This document shows positions 17,329 through 25,866 of a DNA stretch of 64,000 nucleotides, in pieces (the stretch's first letter is position 1; each line of letters opens with the position of its first letter). The position numbers and the translations under genes are program-made. The notes under the pieces were generated by a model. That model had not been told where the DNA came from. It worked only from the letters and a program-made list of their open reading frames with translations, and ran no database searches. The stretch is from Pseudomonadota bacterium (GTDB lineage Bacteria > Bdellovibrionota_B > Oligoflexia > Oligoflexales > CAIYRB01): assembly GCA_031416315.1 (NCBI GenBank), contig JANOTL010000138.1:98131-162130 (forward strand). The letters run 5' to 3'.

Positions 17329-18936
17329 ATGTTCAAGGCTTCTCAAAAAATCGCGACGACCATGGCCTTGTGGTCGGCGTTCGCAACAGCGGCCTACGGC
17401 GGCTGGGGCATGGGCCGCGGCGGCGACTCCCTGCGACTCGCGTTCGCGCAAGCGAAGCAGCACGCCTCGCACATCGTCCTACGGCTGCGCCCGGAAGCGC
17501 TCCCGGCCAGCGTCCCCGCGGACGTGCGCGCCTGGCTCACCGAGCAGACCAACCGCGAGCAACTCGCGGCCGACATCTCCGCCTCGGAGCACGTCTGGAC
17601 GGAAGACGAGAAGCCGACCTGCGCCTGGACGCAGACGACGCGCGACGCCGCGATCGACCTCTCCTACGTTACCTGTCGCAAGGCGATGGATTTCGCCAGC
17701 GGCAACCGGCCGAGCGACCACACCTCGATCCCGAGCTTCGAGGCCGTCGGCCGCCTCTTGATCCACGAGTCCGTCCACCATTTCGGCATCACCGACGAGC
17801 AGTTTGCGGACTCGGTCGCGATCGCCGTCTACGACGCTTGGAGCGCCGGCGCCAACGAGTGGCTGCGCATCCCGAGCGCGCCCGAAGCGAAGACCAAGCA
17901 CGCGGCCGTCTGGGCCGACAATCAGATGATCGTTTTCGGCGGGCTCAACGCCTCGGGACGCGCCACCAATACCGGCTTCTCCTTCGACCCGAAGACCTCG
18001 ACCTGGACGGCACTGCCGAACGCCGGCGCTCCGGCGCGCGATCTGCCGCAGATGGTGTGGGCGGAAGATAAGCTGATCGTCTGGGGCGGCTACGTCGCGA
18101 AGACCGTCTCCGGCACGCAGACGTTCGTCTGGCAGAACAACGGCGCGGTCTATGCGAACGGACGCTGGACCAATCTTGCGCCGCCCGCAGGCCAACCGGC
18201 GGAGCTCGCCGACGCGGCGGCTTACATCGACCGCGGCGTGCAGACGATGGTTTGGACCGGCACCGAGGCCGTGATCTTCGGCGGCGCGCCGGTGAGCGGC
18301 AAGCTCATGGGCGGAGCCTACAACCCGACGACCGGCGCCTGGCGCCAAGTGAAGACGCAGGGCGCGCCCGACGCCGTCAGCGGCCACACTGCCGTGTGGG
18401 CGGGCGACAAGATGATCGTCTTCGGCGGCCGCGACTCGGCTCGCAACATCTCGAACCGTGGCGCCGCTTGGAGCGCTTCTGCGAACGCCTGGACGACGCT
18501 CTCGACGACCGGCGCCCCCTTGGCCCGCGACGCGCACACCGCGGTGTGGACCGGCAGCAAGATGCTCGTCTTCGGCGGTCAGACCTCGACCTCTGCAGGA
18601 TCGAGCGGCAACGGCGGCGTCTATGATCCGAGCAACGGTAGTTGGCTCTCGTTCACGACCGAAGCCGCCCAAGGCCGCTTCGAGCATGCCTCGGTCTGGA
18701 CCGGCTCGGAGATGCTCGTCTACGGCGGCAAGTCGGCCCGCTTTATCTTCTCACTCGGCGCGATGGCCGCCTACAGCCCGGCCGCCAAGGCCTGGCGCGT
18801 GAGCGAGGGCGCGGCGCAGGCACCGGCCTCTCGGATGCACCCGACCGCGGTTTGGACGGGCTCGTCCGTCATCGTCTTCGGCGGCACCCTCGACGGCGGT
18901 GCAGCCACCGCAACCGGCGGCGTGTTCTTCCCGTAA
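17329..18936 (+). CDS. Secreted Kelch-repeat protein with N-terminal HExxH-containing domain
   Basis: Signal peptide. N-terminal domain with LIHESVHHFG (HExxH). At least six WxGxxMIVFGG Kelch-like repeats. Confidence 0.75.
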   Translation: MFKASQKIATTMALWSAFATAAYGGWGMGRGGDSLRLAFAQAKQHASHIVLRLRPEALPASVPADVRAWLTEQTNREQLAADISASEHVWTEDEKPTCAWTQTTRDAAIDLSYVTCRKAMDFASGNRPSDHTSIPSFEAVGRLLIHESVHHFGITDEQFADSVAIAVYDAWSAGANEWLRIPSAPEAKTKHAAVWADNQMIVFGGLNASGRATNTGFSFDPKTSTWTALPNAGAPARDLPQMVWAEDKLIVWGGYVAKTVSGTQTFVWQNNGAVYANGRWTNLAPPAGQPAELADAAAYIDRGVQTMVWTGTEAVIFGGAPVSGKLMGGAYNPTTGAWRQVKTQGAPDAVSGHTAVWAGDKMIVFGGRDSARNISNRGAAWSASANAWTTLSTTGAPLARDAHTAVWTGSKMLVFGGQTSTSAGSSGNGGVYDPSNGSWLSFTTEAAQGRFEHASVWTGSEMLVYGGKSARFIFSLGAMAAYSPAAKAWRVSEGAAQAPASRMHPTAVWTGSSVIVFGGTLDGGAATATGGVFFP

Positions 18937-18968
18937 AAAAAACGGGTGCAAACGGCGAAAAATTTCGG

Positions 18969-19001
18969 CATGAGACGTCCTCCCCCAAAGGACGTCTCAT
19001 G
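18969..19001 (+). promoter_or_regulatory. Perfect 12-bp hairpin enclosing the SD-like AAGGA and the ATG of the astacin gene
   Basis: CATGAGACGTCC-tcccccaaa-GGACGTCTCATG. The 3' arm ends exactly at the start codon (18999-19001). Confidence 0.45.
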
Positions 19002-20222
19002 CCGCGCTGCATTATGCCGATTTTCATGGCCCTAGCGGCTTGCTCGAAGCCACTGCCCGAGGCCTCGCGTGCGGCGTCTTACGTTTCGGAGCGCGATCTT
19101 TGGCCGACGGCGCGGATCTCGGTTTGCTGGGAGCTGTCGGCTCTCCCTTTCCCCGAAGAGCGGGGCTGGGTCCGCGAGCAGATCGAGTCCCAATACAACG
19201 AGAAGACTTCGCTCAGCTTCGTCGACTGGCGCATGTGCTCGGCGAGCACGCGCGGCGGCATCCGCGTCGGGGTCGAGGACTCCGCGAGCAACAACCCGCA
19301 CACCGTCGGCCTCGGCCGCAACGTCCGCCACGCCGTCGACGGGCTGGTCCTCAACTTCGAGTTCCGCAACTGGAGCACGAGCTGCCAGGCGAACCGCGAG
19401 GACTGCATCCGCGGCATCGCCGTCCACGAGTTCGGCCACGCCGCCGGCCTGGCCCACGAGCAGAACCGGACCGATCGCCCGTCGAGCTGCGCCGAACCGG
19501 CGCAAGGCACCGACGGTGACCGGACGGTCGGCGCCTACGACGCCGCATCCGCGATGAACTACTGCAATCCGATCTACAACAACGGCGGTTTGCTCAGCGA
19601 CGGCGACTTGGACGGGATCGATCACCTCTACGAGGGCCGCCCCGACCTGCCGATCGCCGCGCGGCGACCGATCGAGCTCCCTTGCAACGCCGTCGTCGCG
19701 AGCCGCGACCGGGGCCCGCGCCTTGCGGTCGAGCTCGTCAACGCCTCGCGGCGTGCGATGCGCCTCGAGTGGGTCGACACGGCCGGCGTCCGTCGCCCCT
19801 TCAGCGCCATGCCGGTCCGCCACGCCTCGACCTTTCAGGCGACCGTCGGCCACGTCTTCGAGGTCGCCGACGCCAACGGCGCCTGCGTCACGCGCTACCA
19901 GGTCGACGCCAATGCGACGCCCTTCGTCGTCCACCAGGAGGAGCCCTTCCTCGACGACTGGGGCTGCGGCACGCCGAACCAGACTCTGAGCTCCGGCGCG
20001 CCCGGGACGATCGAGTTCGTCAACGAGTCGGCGCGAGCCGCCACGGTTTTCTGGCTCGATTGGCAGGGCAATCGCCGCGACTTCGCCGTCGTCTCGCCGG
20101 GCCGACGCCATGTGCAAACGACCTTCGACGGCCATGCCTGGATGGTGGGCGACGCGAACGGAGCTTGTCGCGCCACGACGACCGCGACGGCGAGTTACCG
20201 TTACCTCGTGTTCTCGCGGTAA
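18999..20222 (+). CDS. Astacin-family (M12A) zinc metalloprotease lipoprotein with two C-terminal VHL-beta-like domains
   Basis: Lipobox MALAAC. Extended astacin signature HEFGHAAGLAHEQNRTDR (HExxHxxGxxHExxRxDR) and Met-turn SAMNY. Two ~95-aa C-terminal repeats (VNxS...W.D..G.RR.F...T....GH.W..DANGAC). Confidence 0.85.
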   Translation: MPRCIMPIFMALAACSKPLPEASRAASYVSERDLWPTARISVCWELSALPFPEERGWVREQIESQYNEKTSLSFVDWRMCSASTRGGIRVGVEDSASNNPHTVGLGRNVRHAVDGLVLNFEFRNWSTSCQANREDCIRGIAVHEFGHAAGLAHEQNRTDRPSSCAEPAQGTDGDRTVGAYDAASAMNYCNPIYNNGGLLSDGDLDGIDHLYEGRPDLPIAARRPIELPCNAVVASRDRGPRLAVELVNASRRAMRLEWVDTAGVRRPFSAMPVRHASTFQATVGHVFEVADANGACVTRYQVDANATPFVVHQEEPFLDDWGCGTPNQTLSSGAPGTIEFVNESARAATVFWLDWQGNRRDFAVVSPGRRHVQTTFDGHAWMVGDANGACRATTTATASYRYLVFSR

Positions 20223-20641
20223 GCACGCACTTCGATCCGGATCCCGTCCGGGTCGGCGAAGTAGAGCGTCTTCAGCGGTGGCCGCTCCTCGCTGTGCTCC
20301 CGCAAGCCGGCGCCGAGGCGCTCCGAGTCCTCGACCTCGATGCGCCGGCCCTCGAGCTCGGGTAAAGCGCGGAGGCAGGCGGCATACTCTTCGAGCGCCG
20401 TTACGGACTCGACCGCGACGCAGAAGTGGTCGATGCGCACTTCGTCGGTTACGCTCGCGTCGCGACGCGCCTCGGGCAGAAAATGCAGGCGCTGCTCGCC
20501 GAGCATGATCTCCAGGAAGTGGGGCGACGGTTTTGACACCGTGCGCCCTCCCAGGGCTTCGTAGAAACGCCGGCTCGCGGCGAGGTCGCGAACGGCAAGA
20601 GCGATGTGGTCGGTCAGGAAGGCGGCGGGCGGCGGGTTCAA
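20201..20641 (-). CDS. VOC/glyoxalase-family protein
   Basis: 146 aa. LTDHIALAVRDLAASRRFYE opening is typical of glyoxalase/bleomycin-resistance fold proteins. Convergent with the astacin gene; ends overlap by 22 nt. Confidence 0.7.
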   Translation of the reverse strand: MNPPPAAFLTDHIALAVRDLAASRRFYEALGGRTVSKPSPHFLEIMLGEQRLHFLPEARRDASVTDEVRIDHFCVAVESVTALEEYAACLRALPELEGRRIEVEDSERLGAGLREHSEERPPLKTLYFADPDGIRIEVRAYRENTR

Positions 20642-20799
20642 GGTGGGCTTTCCTCGCGGAGTTGCGGGAGGAGCGAAGCTGAGACCAGTTGTACGCGCTG
20701 GAAACTGCTAACGGAAATGTTCGTTTTTGATCGTCGCCATAGCTTCGCCCTATCGCTCGAGCTGTCACGAAAGCCGCTGTTTCGACCGATGATCCTGCT

Positions 20800-22161
20800 A
20801 TGAAGTCCCGTCAACTCACCGCCGAAGAGCGCGAGTTCGTGGTCGCCTGGGTCGAGGCGCACGCGGACGCGACGACGCGCACCATCAGCCGGCTCGGCTT
20901 AGGAATGTGCCTCCTCGCCATGATCGGTGCGACGCTCATCGCCGAGGTCGCGAAGCCGATCATCCAGCTGACCATCGGCCTCGCAGGCATCGCGCTGCTG
21001 CTCTCGGTCGTGAGCCGCCGCCTCGGAATCGTCTTACTCTCTCACGCTTCCGTCGTCGTGGCGCAGCTCATCGTCATCGCGGGCTTCGCCTACTTGCTGC
21101 GGCAGGGGCTCGGCGGCTCGGGCGTCAGCGTCACCCTGGCGGCTGCGTGCGTCATGAGCCTCGGGAGCGCGTTCCTCCGGTTGAGCCCGTTCTGGAGTCA
21201 TCGCGTCTTGGCTGCCGAAGGCATCGCCTTCGCCGTGATCGCGTCGACGCCTTACTACGGTTATCCGGAGTACCTGCGCTGGGTCGTCATGTGCATTTTG
21301 GCGACTTTGTTTTCCTGGGGATGCGAGTTCTTCCGAATTCAACGCATGCGCAGCGAGGCCCTAAACGAGCTGGATGCTCGCGAGCGCGTTCGCGTCGGCG
21401 AGCGCAAGGCGATGGACAAAGAGCTCGAGATGGCGCGCCAGATCCAAGACTCTTACACGCTGCCGCCGACGCAGCTCGCGGCGAGCGGAGTCCGCGTCCA
21501 CACCTTCCAGAAGAAGCACCACGTCCTCGGCGGCGACTGGGTCGGCGTGCGCGAGCTCCCCGACGGCCGTGTCGCGCTCCTCGTCTCCGACGCCAGCGGC
21601 AAGGGCGTGCAGGCGGCGCTCGTGACGCATGCGCTGCAGTCGCTCTGGGCGAACGCCTCACTCGATCCGACCTTCGAGCCGATCGCCTGGTTGGAGCGCG
21701 CGAACAAAACGCTCTTGGTCCTCGGAAAGTCGCAGCTCCAGACGATGACGATCGGTCTCGCGATCATCTCCGTGCGCGAGATCGTGTACTACAGCGCGGG
21801 CCATGTGCCCTGCTTCGTCGCCGTGCGCTCGGAGTCGGGGCGTTACGTCAAGGCGCTTCGCGCGCGGGGCAACATGGTCGGCGTCGTCGAGTCGCTTGAT
21901 CTCGAACCGGTCAGCCTCGACTTGTCCCGTTACCTCGAAGTGCACGTCCTGCTCGGTAGCGACGGCATCTTCCACAACGCGCATTCGACCCGTGGACCCG
22001 CCATCCTCTCGATGATCGACAAACTGGAGCGTGACGAGTCGGCCGCTGTCCTCGACGTCGAGTCGGGCGACGACAAGCTCTTGATCTGGGTGCAATGCCG
22101 GACGGAGGCCTCCGAGGCGGAGGCGCGTCAGGCGGCTGCGACGTCGTCCATCGCGGGCTGA
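20800..22161 (+). CDS. Membrane-anchored PP2C-type serine phosphatase (SpoIIE/RsbU-like)
   Basis: N-terminal multi-TM region. C-terminal PP2C/SpoIIE blocks GGDWVGV and LLVSDASGKG. Ends with DGIF.... Confidence 0.8.
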   Translation: MKSRQLTAEEREFVVAWVEAHADATTRTISRLGLGMCLLAMIGATLIAEVAKPIIQLTIGLAGIALLLSVVSRRLGIVLLSHASVVVAQLIVIAGFAYLLRQGLGGSGVSVTLAAACVMSLGSAFLRLSPFWSHRVLAAEGIAFAVIASTPYYGYPEYLRWVVMCILATLFSWGCEFFRIQRMRSEALNELDARERVRVGERKAMDKELEMARQIQDSYTLPPTQLAASGVRVHTFQKKHHVLGGDWVGVRELPDGRVALLVSDASGKGVQAALVTHALQSLWANASLDPTFEPIAWLERANKTLLVLGKSQLQTMTIGLAIISVREIVYYSAGHVPCFVAVRSESGRYVKALRARGNMVGVVESLDLEPVSLDLSRYLEVHVLLGSDGIFHNAHSTRGPAILSMIDKLERDESAAVLDVESGDDKLLIWVQCRTEASEAEARQAAATSSIAG

Positions 22162-23390
22162 GGCTCCTTGCTCCCCTTGCGCCCGTTGCCGGCGCCGCTC
22201 GTTGCGGCGCGCTCCGCGGCCGCATCTTTCTTCGGTTTCACGACCCTGACGTAGTAGACCGCGCCCCCGATCGCCGCCCCCAGGAAGAGGACGAGCAAGA
22301 CGGGACTGTGCGCGATCATCGAGACCAGCATGGTCACGCCGGAGAGGACGAAGGCGACGAGGCCGAAGATGGCCCCGAGGACGAAGCGGCCGACGGTGGC
22401 GAGGATCGGGATGAAGTCGAGAAGCGTGATCAGGGGGCCAGCGAGAAGGTTGAGGCCGATCCACATGACCGCGAAGCCGACGAAGCGAAAGACCCATGCC
22501 ATGTCGCTCGCGGCTTCCTTGCCGTGCTCGATCATCTGCTTCGGCTGCTTCTTGCCTTCTTCGACCAGGAACTTCTCTTTGCCGTTCTTCGATTTCCAAA
22601 GGCCGAGCTTGCCGCCCGGCATTTGGCGCGCCATGACGCTGAACGGCCCCTGGCGCACGACGCGGTAGCTGACGCGAACGTCGCCGATCTTGTCGCCCGT
22701 AGCCTTCGGATCTTTTTTGAAATAGAGGAGACCCTTGTTGATGACCGCGCCCTTCGTCTCTTTGCCGGAGGCGAGGTTTTCCTTGGTGACCGGAAGGTTC
22801 TCCGTCGGGTAGACCCGCTCCAGAATGGCGGCGCCGTCGAATTTGCCGAGGGAGGACTTCTTCACCATGCGGCGATGCCCCTCGACGGTGAGCGGCGGGT
22901 TCTCGTGACCGGCGCTCATCTGGAAGCTCGCCGACTCGACGCGGCCCGGGGCCCAGCCGAGAGCGTACGTGTATGTAGTCTCGCGCGTGCTGCTGCCGCC
23001 GAGGTTCGACTTGCGGCGCGTCTCGCTCTTCTCCGTCCACTGGTACATCTCGACGACGCGCTCGACGACGAGAAAGTCGCCGGCTTTCAGATAGGGCGCG
23101 TCGCCGATCTTCTCCACTGACTTCAGCGGCCCGCTCGCGAACACGAGCTTGCCGTTGTGCTTCGCCGCGGGCGCCGAGACCTGGGCCTTCTGCACGACCT
23201 TGCGCATCTCCTCGAACGCGCCCTTCTCGGCGATGACGTTGCCCTCGTTCCACCAGAGGATGACGAAGCTGGCGAGGAAGAGCACGAGGCCGATGAGAAC
23301 GCCGATCACGGAGTTGAACAAGCGCGACATGAAGCCGTCGGTCGAGGTCACCGTGACCGAGTTGGCCGCACCCATCAGCTTGTCGAGCAT
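22128..23390 (-). CDS. TMEM43 (DUF1625)-like membrane protein
   Basis: Start trimmed to MLDKLMG (AGGGGG RBS). One N-terminal TM with the LWWNEG motif, large soluble middle, and three C-terminal TM helices, as in TMEM43/LUMA homologues. 3' end overlaps the convergent PP2C gene by 34 nt. Confidence 0.55.
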   Translation of the reverse strand: MLDKLMGAANSVTVTSTDGFMSRLFNSVIGVLIGLVLFLASFVILWWNEGNVIAEKGAFEEMRKVVQKAQVSAPAAKHNGKLVFASGPLKSVEKIGDAPYLKAGDFLVVERVVEMYQWTEKSETRRKSNLGGSSTRETTYTYALGWAPGRVESASFQMSAGHENPPLTVEGHRRMVKKSSLGKFDGAAILERVYPTENLPVTKENLASGKETKGAVINKGLLYFKKDPKATGDKIGDVRVSYRVVRQGPFSVMARQMPGGKLGLWKSKNGKEKFLVEEGKKQPKQMIEHGKEAASDMAWVFRFVGFAVMWIGLNLLAGPLITLLDFIPILATVGRFVLGAIFGLVAFVLSGVTMLVSMIAHSPVLLVLFLGAAIGGAVYYVRVVKPKKDAAAERAATSGAGNGRKGSKEPQPAMDDVAAA

Positions 23391-23606
23391 GTCCGAACCC
23401 CCTGCGTTGCCTGAGCAGAGATTTTTTCGGTGGTAAAAATGCAAACTTTAAGCAAATTGCCAATGATTACCGTATACCCTTGCATTTTCAGGCTCTTCCC
23501 TTAAGATCCGGGCAAGACTTCCCCTGGTGTCACGTCGGTGGAGGTCTGTCCCAAACCCCGGTTTCGACGGGTCCCGCATCCGTGAAGCCACTGGAGGAGT
23601 TCGCCC

Positions 23607-25814
23607 ATGCATCCCACCGCCCATCCGTCCCTCAAGCTCAGCGAAGCGAGCCAATTGCTAAACCAAAAAAGCCGGAAGGACTTCTCGATGGTCCCGGTCT
23701 CCGAATATTTCGGCGAGCTCACCTTCGGGCTCGGCCAGATGCGCGAGCGCCTGCCGCGTCACGCGTATCAGGATCTGACGCGCTCCCTCGAGCACGGCGG
23801 CCGTAAGATCACCAAAGAGACGGCCGAGGCGATCGCGCAGGTCATCATGGACTGGGGCGTCCGCAACGGCGCGACCCACTTCTGCCACTGGTTCCAGCCG
23901 ATGACGGGCTTGACGGCGGAGAAGCACGACTCCTTCATCTCGATCCAGCACTCGAATCACTCCGAGCTGAAAGTGATCGAGCGCTTCACCGGCGGCCAGC
24001 TGATCCAGGGCGAGCCGGATGCGTCGAGTTTCCCCTCCGGCGGCATGCGCTCCACGTTCGAGGCGCGCGGCTACACGGCGTGGGATCCGACCTCGCCGCT
24101 CTTCATCCTCGAAGGCACGACGACCAAGACGCTCTGCATCCCGACCGTCTTTTTCGGCTACCACGGCCAAGCGCTCGACAACAAAACCCCACTGCTCCGC
24201 TCGGTGCAGTCGGTCTCCGCGGAGGTCGTCAACTTCCTCAAGCTCATCGGCGACGTCGACGTGAAATCCGTCGTCTCGACCCTCGGCGCCGAGCAGGAAT
24301 ACTTCCTGGTCGACAAAGAGCTCGCCGCCAAGCGCCCGGACATCATCATGTGCGGCCGCACGGTCCTGGGCTCCGGCTCGGCCCGCGGCCAGAAGCTCGA
24401 GGACCACTACTTCGGCGCGATCCCGACGCGCGTGCAAGCCTTCATGGAAGACATGGACCGCGAGCTCTGGCGCCTCGGCATCCCGGTGAAGACGCGCCAC
24501 AACGAGGTCGCGCCGAGCCAGTTCGAGATGGCGCCCATCTTCGAGAACGCCGCGGTCGCCTCCGACCACAACGTCCTCGCAATGGAGACCATGAAGCGCG
24601 TCGCCTCCCGCCACGGCTTCACCTGCCTCCTGCACGAGAAGCCGTTCGCCGGCATCAACGGCAGCGGCAAGCACTGCAACTGGAGCCTCGCGACCGACAA
24701 GGGCGACAACCTCCTGGAGCCGGGCCACACCCCGCACCAGAACCTGCGCTTCCTCGCCATGATCGCGATCACCGTCGCGGCCGTGAAGAAGCACAGCGAC
24801 ATGCTCGTCGCCTCGATCATGAACGCAGGCAACGACCTCCGCCTCGGCGGCAACGAAGCGCCTCCGACCATCATCTCCGTCTTCCTCGGCGCGCAGCTCG
24901 AGGCGATCTTCGAGCAAATCACCAAGGGTGAGGCGGCGCGCGCGACCGAAGCTCAGATCATCAACTTGGGCGTCGGTCACCTGCCGGACGTCACCAAGGA
25001 TTACACCGACCGCAACCGGACCTCGTCGTTCGCTTTCACCGGCAACAAGTTCGAGTTCCGCGCCGTCGGCGCCTCCGCCAACACCGCCGTGCCGATGGCG
25101 ATCCTCAACGCCGCCGCGGCGCAGGCCTTCGCCGACGCCTCGGTCCGTCTGAAGGCGCTCCTCGCGTCCAAGAGCAACCGCGACGAAGCCGTCATGACGC
25201 TGGTGAAAGAGCTGATCACGGAGAACGGCGGCGTCGTCTTCTCCGGCAACGGCTACTCCGCCGAGTGGCGCGCCGAGGCCAAAAAGCGCGGCCTGCCGAT
25301 CTTCGACTCCAGCGCCGACGCGTTCGCGGTCTGGAACGACAAGAAAGCCACCCAGTTCCTCGTCGACCAAAAGGTGCTGAGCCGCGACGAAATCGCCTCC
25401 CGCTACAACGTCAACCTCGAGCGCTTCGCCAAGACGGTCGAGATCGAGCTCCAGACGATGGGCGAGCTGGTCGACGAGTTCGTCATCCCGGCCATCGAGA
25501 AGCAGCTGCAGCGCACCTACGGCGTCGCCGAGAAGACCCGCTCGAACAAGCTGTCTGAGACCTTGGGGGAGCGCTTGAGCAAGCTCGAGTCGCTCTTCAA
25601 CGACGTCATGACCTACCGCAAGAATTTGAGCGAGAGCCTGGAGAAGGCCCACCACATCGAAGACGAGGCCAAGAAGGTCCAACACCTGGCGAAAGAGTCG
25701 CAGCCCATCGGCGCGAAGCTACGCACGGCCTCGGACGCGGCCGAGCTCTTGGTGGCGGACGAGTTCTGGGGTTTGCCGAAGTACCGCGAGATGCTCCATA
25801 GCATCTTGAAGTAG
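23607..25814 (+). CDS. Glutamine synthetase type III
   Basis: ~735 aa. GSIII-specific N-terminal domain (SEYFGELTFG..MRERLP) and catalytic core. An alternative start at 23688 (MVPVSEYF) also has a GGAAGGA RBS. Confidence 0.85.
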   Translation: MHPTAHPSLKLSEASQLLNQKSRKDFSMVPVSEYFGELTFGLGQMRERLPRHAYQDLTRSLEHGGRKITKETAEAIAQVIMDWGVRNGATHFCHWFQPMTGLTAEKHDSFISIQHSNHSELKVIERFTGGQLIQGEPDASSFPSGGMRSTFEARGYTAWDPTSPLFILEGTTTKTLCIPTVFFGYHGQALDNKTPLLRSVQSVSAEVVNFLKLIGDVDVKSVVSTLGAEQEYFLVDKELAAKRPDIIMCGRTVLGSGSARGQKLEDHYFGAIPTRVQAFMEDMDRELWRLGIPVKTRHNEVAPSQFEMAPIFENAAVASDHNVLAMETMKRVASRHGFTCLLHEKPFAGINGSGKHCNWSLATDKGDNLLEPGHTPHQNLRFLAMIAITVAAVKKHSDMLVASIMNAGNDLRLGGNEAPPTIISVFLGAQLEAIFEQITKGEAARATEAQIINLGVGHLPDVTKDYTDRNRTSSFAFTGNKFEFRAVGASANTAVPMAILNAAAAQAFADASVRLKALLASKSNRDEAVMTLVKELITENGGVVFSGNGYSAEWRAEAKKRGLPIFDSSADAFAVWNDKKATQFLVDQKVLSRDEIASRYNVNLERFAKTVEIELQTMGELVDEFVIPAIEKQLQRTYGVAEKTRSNKLSETLGERLSKLESLFNDVMTYRKNLSESLEKAHHIEDEAKKVQHLAKESQPIGAKLRTASDAAELLVADEFWGLPKYREMLHSILK

Positions 25815-25866
25815 CCGCGAACCGGTACTTCCCTCCACTTTCGACTTTCGACTCTCGACTCTCCGT

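Noticed and set aside
19032-20768. 578-aa minus-strand ORF spanning the astacin and glyoxalase genes
   Set aside because: Overlaps two motif-bearing genes on opposite strands. R/A/G-rich composition.
23391-23606. Possible sigma-54 or NtcA-like site upstream of the GSIII gene (TGGTAAAAATGCAAA; GTATACCCTTGCA)
   Set aside because: GG/GC spacing does not fit the -24/-12 consensus, and the GTA-N8-TAC match is partial. Only an AT-rich promoter-like region can be claimed.
23658-25685. 675-aa minus-strand ORF antisense to the GSIII gene
   Set aside because: The sense strand encodes an unmistakable type III glutamine synthetase. The antisense translation is a repetitive G/A/R/D/E/L composition without motifs.
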